A stretch of 53,923 nt of DNA, from the IMG/VR virus record IMGVR_UViG_3300041809_000086, positions 1-53,923 of that record. One strand, written 5' to 3'. Positions 9,052-18,169 of this stretch are shown in pieces; within the stretch, counting starts at the first letter, position 1; every line of letters starts with the position of its first letter. The notes beneath the pieces were generated by a model. The model worked only from the letters and a program-made list of their open reading frames with translations, was not told where the DNA came from and did not search any database. Source of the stretch: a virus. Its lineage: Duplodnaviria > Caudoviricetes. The position numbers were made by a program, and so were the translations under genes.

Positions 9052-11126
9052 TGGCATTCGCTGACGAATTCGACGCCGCCAAACCAGCCGGACCAGCCGC
9101 CGCGCCGGACAATGGGTCATTTTCTTCCCAATTCGACGCCGCACATGCGTCCATCGGCGGGCAGACTCCGGCCGCCCCTGCCGCGCCCAGGGGCGGCGGC
9201 CTAGGATTGACGACAGGACTCGGCGAAGGGGCGCTGCATATCGCCAGCGGCGGGGCACTGGCGCTGGCCGCCGGGGCGAAAGGATGGTGGAACATGGCGA
9301 ACGGGATGTCGCCGGAAGACAATCAGGCCGATCAAGAGTCCATTTTGGCCCATACCTACCAGCCGACGACCACGATCGGTAAGGCGATCGCCGGGGCGAC
9401 GGACGTTGTCGGGCAGGCAATCGACACGGCCGGGGGATGGGTGGCGGCCAAAACCGGCGATATCTTGGGTTCCAAGGGCCTAGGGGTCGTCGATGACAAC
9501 AGCAACACGATGGCGGCCATCAAAACGGCCGTACACGCGACGACGATGGCGGCGGCACCGAAGATCGTCGGGGAAATACCCGGCGTCGTGGCGGGCGCCA
9601 CAAAGGCCGCAGGGGGCGTTTTGGGCGATACCCTGATTCGCCGGGGCGGTAGTCCGACGGCTCCCCTGAACGAAGTCCCCGGCGCGGCCCCTGGAATCGG
9701 CCCGGCCCCCGGCGCCCCGGCCGCGCCGGGAGCGGCCGGGGCGCAATTCGCGGCCGGAGGTTCGGACGCAGCCGGGGTCATGTCCCGGGTCAGCAGCGCG
9801 ACACCGGAAATGCAGGCCAGCATTCAGGCGCAGATCGCCGATGCGCAAGCCAAATTTGGCGACGCATGGTCGGATCATATCGACTTCGACGCCCTTGGCC
9901 GCCAAGTCGAAGCGGATTCGCTTATGATTCCCGGCCGTCTCAGCGCGCCACAAGCCGCGCAGAATGTTGCCCGGATGTCGGACGATTTCAACAGCAAAAG
10001 CAAGAATCCGCAAGCGGCGGCGTTCTTCGATTGGCAGAACAAGAATCAGGCTGCGAACCTATCCGCAATTCGCGACAGCGTCGGCCCCGATGTCAATACG
10101 ATCAATCCGGCCGAACACGGCGAAACGCTCATCAAGGCGTATCAGGATTTGGACGCGCCCGTCAAGGCTGACATTGACGCCAAATACAAAGCGCTTCGTG
10201 ATGCCAACGGCGGTCAATTCCCGGTCGATGCTGCGCAGCTATATCAAAATATTCAAGAGTCCCTAGGTCATGAATTGTTGACCGATGACGCGCCAGCCGG
10301 ACAAATGAACGCATTGAAAAGTTTCGCCGAAAACGGGAATATGACATTCGAAAACTATCTGGCCCTTCGACGCAATCTTGGCAACGTAGCGCGGGGCGCA
10401 ACTGACGGAAACACTCGATTCGCCGCGTCAACGATGATTCAGGAACTTGAAAATCTTCCGCTTCAAGACGGCGCGGCGGCGTTGCGTCCAATGGCCGATG
10501 CTGCACGCTCGGCGGCCAAAGCGCGATTCGATGCGCTTGACAACGATCCGGCGTATAAAGCCGCCGTCAACGGAAGCGTGGAGCCGGATGATTTCGTCAA
10601 CAAGTTCATCGTTCGCGGCAAGAAGAACAATGTCGCGCAGATGGGGCAGAATTTGGCGAGTAACGATGTTGCCCGTCAAACGATGGGCGTGGCGGTCATG
10701 GATCATTTGCGCGACGCGGCGCGATTGAATTCGAACTATGAAGGCAACTTCGCCGCCGACAGCTTCAATCGCCAAGTCAATCGGTTCGCGCCGAGTATGG
10801 ATACAATCTTCCGCAACGGCGAAGGGGCGCATCTGCGCGCGCTCGGCAACTATGCGCGGAATTCGACATATCAGCCGCGCGGGTCGTCATTCAACAATTC
10901 AGCATCGGCGATAACGTTGATGGGTGAAGCGGCGCGGCAAGCTGGCAGTTTGGCAGGCGGGGCATTCGAAAGCGTAGGAAATGGGATTGTCCCCGGTATG
11001 GGATCAGTCATCAAGAACGTGCTCGGCACACGCGCAGCCAACAAGGCGGCGGCGGCCCAAGCGGCTGAACAGGCCGCATCATTTCAGCGCAACACGATGG
11101 CGGGCGCGGGCGTCTTCAAGGAATAA
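9051..11126 (+). CDS. Large internal virion / DNA transfer protein (gp16-like position)
   Basis: 691 aa, Ala-rich and helical, third in the ejection cluster. Confidence 0.6.
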   Translation: MAFADEFDAAKPAGPAAAPDNGSFSSQFDAAHASIGGQTPAAPAAPRGGGLGLTTGLGEGALHIASGGALALAAGAKGWWNMANGMSPEDNQADQESILAHTYQPTTTIGKAIAGATDVVGQAIDTAGGWVAAKTGDILGSKGLGVVDDNSNTMAAIKTAVHATTMAAAPKIVGEIPGVVAGATKAAGGVLGDTLIRRGGSPTAPLNEVPGAAPGIGPAPGAPAAPGAAGAQFAAGGSDAAGVMSRVSSATPEMQASIQAQIADAQAKFGDAWSDHIDFDALGRQVEADSLMIPGRLSAPQAAQNVARMSDDFNSKSKNPQAAAFFDWQNKNQAANLSAIRDSVGPDVNTINPAEHGETLIKAYQDLDAPVKADIDAKYKALRDANGGQFPVDAAQLYQNIQESLGHELLTDDAPAGQMNALKSFAENGNMTFENYLALRRNLGNVARGATDGNTRFAASTMIQELENLPLQDGAAALRPMADAARSAAKARFDALDNDPAYKAAVNGSVEPDDFVNKFIVRGKKNNVAQMGQNLASNDVARQTMGVAVMDHLRDAARLNSNYEGNFAADSFNRQVNRFAPSMDTIFRNGEGAHLRALGNYARNSTYQPRGSSFNNSASAITLMGEAARQAGSLAGGAFESVGNGIVPGMGSVIKNVLGTRAANKAAAAQAAEQAASFQRNTMAGAGVFKE

Positions 11127-11128
11127 TC

Positions 11129-12259
11129 ATGGCCGCTTACAACCTCAGCCCAATCGGCAACGGGACAGAGTTTTTCAACGCGAACGGGACAATCCCGAAC
11201 AGCGGCGGATTCCTTGCGTCTTACGCCGCCGGGACGACGACGCCGCTCGCGCTATACACGACCAGCGCGGGCGGGCCTACATGGGCGACCATGATCCCGC
11301 TTGGCACTGATGGGCGCGTCAATGGCGAAATCTGGATTCCGGCCGGGACCGCCGTCAAGTTCCAAGCGTTCGCGTCCGATGGATTGACGCAAATCCCGAA
11401 TTCCGAATGGGATAATATCGTCGGGATCAATGACATCGGCGCGGGATCGTCGTCGAATTGGTTGGCGTCCGGCGTGACCCCGATCTATTCGAGCGCGACG
11501 CAGTTCACCACGGCAGGCAACACGACCGCGACATTTCCGGTCGGTACGCGCATTCAGGCAACCGTGACCGCCGGGACCGTATACGGGACCGTGTCGTCGT
11601 CGTCGTTCTCGGTCGCGACAACGGTCAACTTGACAATGGACCCGTCCGAATCATTGGACTCGGGTTTGTCGGCGGTCAACGTGTCGAATGTCACGCCCTT
11701 GGCCGTGCCGGGCATTCTTGGCTACACGTTCCAAGCTGCCAATCTATCGACCGGCGGCACGCTGACCGTTACGGGCACAGCCGCCGTTACCGGGACCAGC
11801 ACGTTTACGGGCAAGATCACCGGAAACGGCGGATTTCACGGCACGCTGGACGCGACCAGCGCACTTGCCAACGGTGTTACGGGAACAACGCAAGCGGCCC
11901 TAGACAACTCGACAAAGGTCGCGACGACCGCATATGTGGATAGCGCGGTAACAGCGGCAGCGCAACCGTGGTCGATCTTCATTTCGGCACAGATCAGCGG
12001 GACCAGCGTCAATCATCAACTGCATGAAGGCAATACGATTAGCGGCGTGACGAACGGATCAACAGGTATCTATGTTGTAAGTTTTACGTCGAACTTCGCA
12101 GCCGCCACATACGGAATTCAAGTAACGGCGCAATCAGCAGGCGATCCGTGCTATGCATACGTTGCGGCGCAAGCGGTCGGAAGCTGCACAATCCATATTG
12201 TAGACACTACCAGTGACGCGCTCGTAAACAATCCGTTCACCATCACCGTTACTTATTGA
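11129..12259 (+). CDS. Tail fibre protein
   Basis: N-terminal virion-anchor domain (SPIGNG.EF.NANG..GG.L..YAAGT), fibre motif DNSTKVATTAYV, T/S/G-rich. Confidence 0.75.
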   Translation: MAAYNLSPIGNGTEFFNANGTIPNSGGFLASYAAGTTTPLALYTTSAGGPTWATMIPLGTDGRVNGEIWIPAGTAVKFQAFASDGLTQIPNSEWDNIVGINDIGAGSSSNWLASGVTPIYSSATQFTTAGNTTATFPVGTRIQATVTAGTVYGTVSSSSFSVATTVNLTMDPSESLDSGLSAVNVSNVTPLAVPGILGYTFQAANLSTGGTLTVTGTAAVTGTSTFTGKITGNGGFHGTLDATSALANGVTGTTQAALDNSTKVATTAYVDSAVTAAAQPWSIFISAQISGTSVNHQLHEGNTISGVTNGSTGIYVVSFTSNFAAATYGIQVTAQSAGDPCYAYVAAQAVGSCTIHIVDTTSDALVNNPFTITVTY

Positions 12260-12267
12260 GGCCCGCC

Positions 12268-13050
12268 ATGACATACACCGTCGCGATGTCGCCGATCGGA
12301 AACGGCGACGAATTCATGAACGCCAACGGAACGATCCCGAACACGGGCGGCTTCCTTGCGATCTATGCGGCCGGGACTTCGAACCTTTCTACCGTATATA
12401 CCGACTACACGGGCGGCACGCCGCAGACAAATCCGATCCCGTTGAATCCCGATGGCCGTTGCCCGTATGAGGTTTGGTGGACGCAGGGCGCCTTGTATAA
12501 AGTCGTCTTGCTCGATTCGAACAGCGCGAGCATCCGAACCTATGACAACATCCCCGGCATCAATGACCCGGTCCTGATTGGCGTCAATGCGACGAACTTG
12601 ATCGGCGGCGCGGCCGGTTCGATCCCGTATCAGTCGGCGGCCAATACCACGGCCATGCTGCCGATTGGTTCGGCGAATCAGATTCTCAGCATCGCCAGCG
12701 GGCTTCCGGCTTGGCAGTATCCGCTGATTCCCGTCACGCAATTACTGTCGGCCGTGACGACCGGCGCGCCCGCGCTGACCGACATCGGCGGGTGTATTCG
12801 GATCACCGATACTAGTTTCACGACGTTGACCATCCCGGCGAACGCAAGCGTCGCATTTCCGATCGGCACCGCAATTACGATCGTGAACGATCAGGGAACA
12901 GCGTCGATTTCTATCGCGATCACGTCGGACACGCTTGTTCTTGCGACGACTGGATCGACAGGGACGCGCACAGTCGGGACTTACGGCATGGTCACGATCT
13001 ACAAAGTCGCGGCGACGCGATGGATCATCAACGGCGTCGGATTGACCTAA
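12268..13050 (+). CDS. Second tail fibre protein with a paralogous N-terminal anchor
   Basis: SPIGNGDEFMNANGTIPNTGGFL...DNIPGIND matches the upstream gene; C-terminal TLTIPANASVAFPIGT domain. Confidence 0.7.
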   Translation: MTYTVAMSPIGNGDEFMNANGTIPNTGGFLAIYAAGTSNLSTVYTDYTGGTPQTNPIPLNPDGRCPYEVWWTQGALYKVVLLDSNSASIRTYDNIPGINDPVLIGVNATNLIGGAAGSIPYQSAANTTAMLPIGSANQILSIASGLPAWQYPLIPVTQLLSAVTTGAPALTDIGGCIRITDTSFTTLTIPANASVAFPIGTAITIVNDQGTASISIAITSDTLVLATTGSTGTRTVGTYGMVTIYKVAATRWIINGVGLT

Positions 13051-13052
13051 TC

Positions 13053-13793
13053 ATGGGCGCAGCACAAAGCCCGATTCTGACGTACGGCGGCGGGGTCGTC
13101 AAAGCCGCGCTGTTGATGCATCTGACAGGCGCAAACAACGGGACCACGTTCACCGACGTATATGGTTCGACGCCCTGGAATCAGAGCACGGCCTATGCGT
13201 CGGCGCCGTACACCGTGACAAGTACGGCCGTCGGTTCGCCGTTCGCGGGGGTGAATTCGTCCCTGTATACGGCGACGGCCAACACCGGGATTCTATTGCC
13301 CGGCGCGGATTTGGTACCGGCGTGGAATGGATTTGGAACGGGCGACTTCACCGTCGAGTATTGGTTTTATGACACAAACACGACATCGGCAAACGGATCA
13401 TATCCTGTTTGCGGCATGAATTCGACAGGGTTTCCGTTTCAAATGGGGATCGAAATCAACGGGTCCTCGCCGGATCGTATCCTGATCTGTCAAAACACCA
13501 GCATCGTCGGCGTGACGAACATTAGCGCGAACACTTGGCATTCGGCGGCATATTGCCGCAAGTCGGGCGTTGGGTATTTGTTCCTCGACGGGAATCTTGA
13601 AGCGACAAAGGCCGATACCACGAATTACGGACCATACAACCCGAGCGGATCGAGCAATCCGGGCTTCTATATCAACGGTTGTCAAGGTATCGACCCGCTG
13701 GTAGGATTCTACATGTCAGAGTTTAGGCTGACGATGGGATTTGCCAGATATACCAGTTCTTACACCCCGGCGACCGCGCCGTTTCAATACTAG
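13053..13793 (+). CDS. LamG/concanavalin-A-like lectin tail protein
   Basis: LLMHL.G.N.GTTFTD, FGTGDFTVEYW, NTWH.AA..RKSG...LFLDG and EFRLT.G.ARYT..YTP.TAPF motifs. Confidence 0.75.
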   Translation: MGAAQSPILTYGGGVVKAALLMHLTGANNGTTFTDVYGSTPWNQSTAYASAPYTVTSTAVGSPFAGVNSSLYTATANTGILLPGADLVPAWNGFGTGDFTVEYWFYDTNTTSANGSYPVCGMNSTGFPFQMGIEINGSSPDRILICQNTSIVGVTNISANTWHSAAYCRKSGVGYLFLDGNLEATKADTTNYGPYNPSGSSNPGFYINGCQGIDPLVGFYMSEFRLTMGFARYTSSYTPATAPFQY

Positions 13794-13804
13794 GAAGTTG
13801 CATC

Positions 13805-14071
13805 ATGGGCACCGAAGACCTAACCGACATGAAGATCAACGTCGCCGTTTTACAAGAACGATATGACACAATCTGCGAACGCCTAACCGAAGGCAAAGCG
13901 AAGATGGACGCCATCGACGCCAAGTTTGACGAAGTCTTGCAGACAATGCGCAACGACGCGACGCACCGTCGGATCATGGGCCGAGTCTGGACCGCCGGTC
14001 GACATATCGGGACGATCATCATCGCCGTCGTGGTCGCTAAGATTTTCCACGAACCTTTAAGCCTACCATGA
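13805..14071 (+). CDS. Putative holin-like/lysis-associated membrane protein
   Basis: Coiled-coil followed by a C-terminal TM segment, directly upstream of the endolysin. Confidence 0.45.
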   Translation: MGTEDLTDMKINVAVLQERYDTICERLTEGKAKMDAIDAKFDEVLQTMRNDATHRRIMGRVWTAGRHIGTIIIAVVVAKIFHEPLSLP

Positions 14072-14514
14072 TCGACAACATCATCGACCAGCTTCGGCGC
14101 GACGAAGGCGTCAGATATCGCCCTTATCAGGATTCCAAGGGCCTATGGACAGTCGGCGTCGGTCATCTTATCAAGCCCGGCGAGAATTTCAGCCATGCCG
14201 TAGCCTTGTCGGACGGTCAAGTCAACTTCATTTTGCGCAATGATTTGGACGTGGTCATTCGCGAGTTGCAGACGCTTTCATGGTATACCGGACTTGACCC
14301 GATCCGGGCGGCGGCGTGTCAGAATATGGGCTTCAATCTTGGCGAGACGCGCTTACTTGGATTCAAGCACATGGAGGCCGCATTGCTCGCGCAGGACTGG
14401 CAGGCGGCGCACGATCAGGCGCTCGCGTCAGATTGGGCCAAACCGCCGCCCGTCGGCGTCGGCGACCGCGCCAAACGAGTCGCGCAGCAACTTTTGACAG
14501 GGGAATGGACATGA
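14068..14514 (+). CDS. Endolysin, T4-like lysozyme (GH24)
   Basis: LRRDEGVRYRPYQDSKGLWTVGVGH (E-x8-D-x5-T triad), NMGFNLG, S.WA...RAKR. Confidence 0.9.
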   Translation: MIDNIIDQLRRDEGVRYRPYQDSKGLWTVGVGHLIKPGENFSHAVALSDGQVNFILRNDLDVVIRELQTLSWYTGLDPIRAAACQNMGFNLGETRLLGFKHMEAALLAQDWQAAHDQALASDWAKPPPVGVGDRAKRVAQQLLTGEWT

Positions 14515-15077
14515 GCTTCAATCTCGGAAATGCACTGAAATCTATCGCGCCAACCATCGCCACAATGCTCGGGGGACCGCTCGCAGGCGGGGCTGTAACG
14601 GCCCTAGAAGGCGTCTTCGGCTTGGCCCCCGGCTCGGGTACGGCCGCGATCGCAAACGTGCTCCAAACGGGCGCCTTGACCCCGGAAATGATCGAAAAGC
14701 TGAAGGAAGTCGAACTGACGCAGGCGACCTTGATGTCGCAGCAGAAAATCGACCTTGTTCGGCTGAACCTTGACCACGACGCCGCCTTGGCCGCCGACGA
14801 TGTCGCCGATCGGTCCAGCGCTCGGGCGATGGCCGTCGCCACTCGCGATTGGACGCCGTCGGTCCTGGCATGGGGCATAATTGGCGCGAATCTGGTCTTG
14901 ATTTGGGCTTTGGCCGCCGGGAAGATCGAGTCGAAAGATCCGGCGTTGTTCGGGCTGGTCGGAACCGCGCTCGGGTATCTGGTCAGCGAATCCAAGGCCG
15001 TTCTAGCTTACTATTTCGGATCAAGCGTCGGAAGCAAGGACAAAGACGCTACGCTTGCTGAGATAGCGAAACAGTAA
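14511..15077 (+). CDS. Holin (3-TM / GTA-holin-like)
   Basis: APTIATMLGGPLAG, DRSSARAM, TM segments and YYFGSS.GSK.KD; follows the endolysin. Confidence 0.75.
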   Translation: MSFNLGNALKSIAPTIATMLGGPLAGGAVTALEGVFGLAPGSGTAAIANVLQTGALTPEMIEKLKEVELTQATLMSQQKIDLVRLNLDHDAALAADDVADRSSARAMAVATRDWTPSVLAWGIIGANLVLIWALAAGKIESKDPALFGLVGTALGYLVSESKAVLAYYFGSSVGSKDKDATLAEIAKQ

Positions 15078-15477
15078 GTTCTTGCCAATGGTACGCGGAC
15101 GCGGCGAGCATTTCTTGCCGCGTCGCGCCTTCGACTACCAGCAGATTGAACGGTCCTGCATGGTTGTCGCCGTTGCGCATTTCCCATAGCAGCGCGGCTT
15201 CCGCCTTGGCCTGCAAATCCCAATTGCAAGCGTTGGCCGCATAGTAGGCCATGACGGACAGTGTCTTGCTGCGGTCGCCGCCGAGCGCAAGGACCGTCTC
15301 AAAACACGCATGGCCTTCCTCGTATAGATGCAGCTTCGCCAGCAGGCCCCCGAGCGCGACGTGCGGAGCAATCGCGTATGGTTGCAACTCTATCGATTCG
15401 AGATAGGCGTCGATCGCGTCCCATGACCGGCCTTCGGCGGCGGCCGCCTGCGCGCGTTCAAACGTAGCTTGCGGCAT
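15049..15477 (-). CDS. TPR protein resembling the N-terminal half of O-GlcNAc transferase (possibly truncated)
   Basis: TPR-like helices followed by ACNW...PFNLL. No catalytic domain follows, and the 3' end overlaps the holin gene. Confidence 0.5.
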   Translation of the reverse strand: MPQATFERAQAAAAEGRSWDAIDAYLESIELQPYAIAPHVALGGLLAKLHLYEEGHACFETVLALGGDRSKTLSVMAYYAANACNWDLQAKAEAALLWEMRNGDNHAGPFNLLVVEGATRQEMLAASAYHWQELTVSLSQQA

Positions 15478-15601
15478 GGAAGTCGCCTATAATATAGCCG
15501 GGATTGATCCTCATGATATTGCCAGCCTTTACTATGGCCGGGGCAACAGCAAGCGACAAGCACGTTTTGAGGAACCCGCGCCGGGTCATCATCAAGGACA
15601 T
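15458..15601 (-). CDS. Small protein with a twin-arginine-like signal
   Basis: MSLMMTRRGFLKTCLSLAVAPAIVKA. Confidence 0.55.
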   Translation of the reverse strand: MSLMMTRRGFLKTCLSLAVAPAIVKAGNIMRINPGYIIGDFHAASYV

Positions 15602-15602
15602 G

Positions 15603-15890
15603 TCAATGCCTTCGGTCGAAATTGCGGCGGGACCACCACGACGGCGGTTCCCAAAAACCCTGATATGCGCCGAGCAAGTCGGGAAGATCGTCGCCGCCCA
15701 ATCCGGCGAAATATCGCGTCTGGACATGCGTGATTCCGTCGTCGCACCTTCGGGCCGACGCGACGGTCACGCCCATCAGATCGCGGCCGACGAAGTACTG
15801 CGTTTCGGCCAGCATGACGTAGTTATCCCATCCGGCATCAAGGGCGGCCAGAACGTCGGCCGCCATCTTGACTTCAAACGGATCGGCCAT
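15603..15890 (-). CDS. Hypothetical protein
   Basis: ORF within the leftward operon. Confidence 0.45.
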   Translation of the reverse strand: MADPFEVKMAADVLAALDAGWDNYVMLAETQYFVGRDLMGVTVASARRCDDGITHVQTRYFAGLGGDDLPDLLGAYQGFWEPPSWWSRRNFDRRH

Positions 15891-15944
15891 CAGCGGAACC
15901 CAAATGGATCGGTGGCGGGCAATCCGGCGTCGCGATCGCTCGCG

Positions 15945-17141
15945 CTATCCTTTGACGCATAGTACCGCCTTCAAGGTCGCGATGACATCGACTAGATCGC
16001 GCTGCGCTTTCATGACGGCGTCTATACTTTTGTAAGCCCCTGGAATTTCGTCCAATACACCAGCATCTTTTCTGCATTCGACTCCCGCAGTTTGGGCCTC
16101 GAGATCGTCAAGCGTGAATTGGCGTTTGGCTTGGGTTCGGGACATGACACGTCCCGCACCGTGCGAACAAGAACAATACGACGATTCGTTCCCTCGGCCC
16201 TGGACGATATAAGATCGCGTACCCATCGAACCGGGAATGATACCCAATTGTCCGGCCCGCGCCTCAACCGCGCCCTTGCGCGTAATCCAAATGTTCCGCC
16301 CATAATGCGACTCCATTTGCGTGAAATTGTGATGACAGTTTACATGCGTCTCGGTTAGTTGGAACTTTGGCAAATGGCGCTCCATCGCGCCGATGACCAG
16401 TTCCATCATGACATCGCGGTTCAGCGCGGCGTAATCTTGCGCCCAATGCATAGCTTCGATGTACGCTTCAAACTCGGGCGTGCCTTCGGGCAACCATCCT
16501 AGATCGCGCTGCGGAATCTCGACGCCGCGCGTGACCATCAGTTCCCGCGCTTGCGTGATCGCCAAGTTCCCGATCTTGTTCCCGACGTTGCGCGATCCCG
16601 AATGCAGCATGATCCAAACCCGATCGTCCGTGTCGAGACAGATTTCGATGAAGTGGTTCCCGCCCCCGAGCGTGCCGACTTGTTCCCAAACTTTCGCGTG
16701 GCTTAGGTCACAAAGATTCATCAAGATTTTCAGCGCGTCAAAGCGAACACGCAAATCCTGCAAGCGCCGAACCAAACGCTTGTCGTATTTCGACGCGCGG
16801 TTGATCGTGTCTTCCGGGTCTTTGTGCTGATTGAAGCCGACCGGAACGTCGCGCTCGATCTGAGCTCGGATGGTCGCCAACGATTCAGGCAAGTCCGTGG
16901 CCCGCAGCGTGGTCCGGACGGCGGCCATGCCGCAGCCGATATCGACGCCGACCGCGCTCGGGATGACCGCGCCTTCGGTTGGAATCACCGACCCGACGCA
17001 TGCGCCGACGCCCATATGAACGTCGGGCATCACCGCGATATGGCCCGCAAGGATGGGCAGTTGCGCAACGTCCGCAAGTTGCTTCAATGCGGCTTCCTCG
17101 ATCGGCATGTCGCCGGTCCACGTCCGAATCATGTCGTTCAT
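15945..17141 (-). CDS. rtcB: RtcB family RNA ligase
   Basis: MPDVH.G.G, VGVDIGCG, GTLGGGNHFIE, HSGSR, HHN, RKGA, PGSMG, SCSHGAGR and DEIPGAYK motifs. Confidence 0.95.
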   Translation of the reverse strand: MNDMIRTWTGDMPIEEAALKQLADVAQLPILAGHIAVMPDVHMGVGACVGSVIPTEGAVIPSAVGVDIGCGMAAVRTTLRATDLPESLATIRAQIERDVPVGFNQHKDPEDTINRASKYDKRLVRRLQDLRVRFDALKILMNLCDLSHAKVWEQVGTLGGGNHFIEICLDTDDRVWIMLHSGSRNVGNKIGNLAITQARELMVTRGVEIPQRDLGWLPEGTPEFEAYIEAMHWAQDYAALNRDVMMELVIGAMERHLPKFQLTETHVNCHHNFTQMESHYGRNIWITRKGAVEARAGQLGIIPGSMGTRSYIVQGRGNESSYCSCSHGAGRVMSRTQAKRQFTLDDLEAQTAGVECRKDAGVLDEIPGAYKSIDAVMKAQRDLVDVIATLKAVLCVKG

Positions 17142-17173
17142 TGTCGATTCGCCCGCCGGGCTGCGTGTACTCG

Positions 17174-17458
17174 TTACGCCTTCGGAGTTTCGGCTTGCTT
17201 GGCCGCTTGCTGCGGCGGCATGGCAATAGGTTTCGGCGCTGGCGTGACCAGCAGCGTCAAATGATTCGTCACCGTTGCCACGAAACCATGGATCGCTTTG
17301 ACAGCGGCGGCGATATGGTTCATCGTGCCGAGAACGGCGTCATGAACGACGGCGCTGACGTGCTGGACGAATCCCGCCGGAACGGCGACGCACTGAATAG
17401 CGAATGCCTTGATGGCGTTGACTATACCGCTGGCGAAAGTTGCAAGTTTGTTGAACAT
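17174..17458 (-). CDS. Hypothetical protein
   Basis: RBS aagga before ATG; amphipathic. Confidence 0.55.
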   Translation of the reverse strand: MFNKLATFASGIVNAIKAFAIQCVAVPAGFVQHVSAVVHDAVLGTMNHIAAAVKAIHGFVATVTNHLTLLVTPAPKPIAMPPQQAAKQAETPKA

Positions 17459-17491
17459 GACATTTCCTTTTTCAGTTAAAAATGGAGCCTA

Positions 17492-17803
17492 TCACAATGT
17501 TGATCTAACCGTCAAATAGTAATCTTTGACCGATCTGCGCCAGTTCCACGACGTTTGTGGTAACCAGCAGAAAGGCCGCTGGTCGTGAATCATTCGGCAG
17601 ACGGCGTCGGCCATTCCGTCGGGGCGAAATCGTTGCGCGTCAGGCAAGGAATTATATATCCCCTTTCGATCGACCCTGATGACGGCTTTTTGGTATCGTT
17701 CGCGCACACTGGCGGCGTAGCGTTCTCGGAAGTCGTCGAAGCAGGGGTCGTCCCAAGTTGCGTCGGGATTGGCGTCGGCCAAGGCGTATAGTTCGTCAAC
17801 CAT
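17492..17803 (-). CDS. Hypothetical protein
   Basis: ORF within the leftward operon. Confidence 0.5.
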   Translation of the reverse strand: MVDELYALADANPDATWDDPCFDDFRERYAASVRERYQKAVIRVDRKGIYNSLPDAQRFRPDGMADAVCRMIHDQRPFCWLPQTSWNWRRSVKDYYLTVRSTL

Positions 17804-17806
17804 GAA

Positions 17807-18169
17807 TCATCCGTTTGTGCGGATCGCATGTCGGCGCGTATCAAGTCCGCAAAAGCCCGGAGCGCGGGCAACGGGGCATCTAGGCCACAATCCAAGGCCA
17901 TCAAGATCAACTGTCGATTGCGCAGCGCTTCCGGCATTGTCTGCGCCGCCCATAGCTGTCGGTATTGGTCCGGGCTGGCCGTCCGGGTTTCCGATGTCTT
18001 CCCCCGCATCGTTTTCATTTGCATATACGCCCCTTTTAAGGTTGACGTTGCTAATTGTTGCTTGCGAAACGCCGTGCGCGATGGCGAGATACGTTTGTTT
18101 GACGCCGAGCGCAAGATCGCGGCGGATTTGCGCGACTACGCGGGCGGATAGTTTGCGGCGGCGTTTCAT
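17807..18169 (-). CDS. HTH DNA-binding protein
   Basis: KLSARVVAQIRR...QTYLAIAHGVSQATISNV. The C-terminal frame is ambiguous. Confidence 0.55.
   Translation of the reverse strand: MKRRRKLSARVVAQIRRDLALGVKQTYLAIAHGVSQATISNVNLKRGVYANENDAGEDIGNPDGQPGPIPTAMGGADNAGSAAQSTVDLDGLGLWPRCPVARAPGFCGLDTRRHAIRTNG

Noticed and set aside
14505-14513. Met-Asp-Met holin dual-start motif
   Set aside because: Lacks the basic residue of the lambda S Met-Lys-Met motif; too weak to call.
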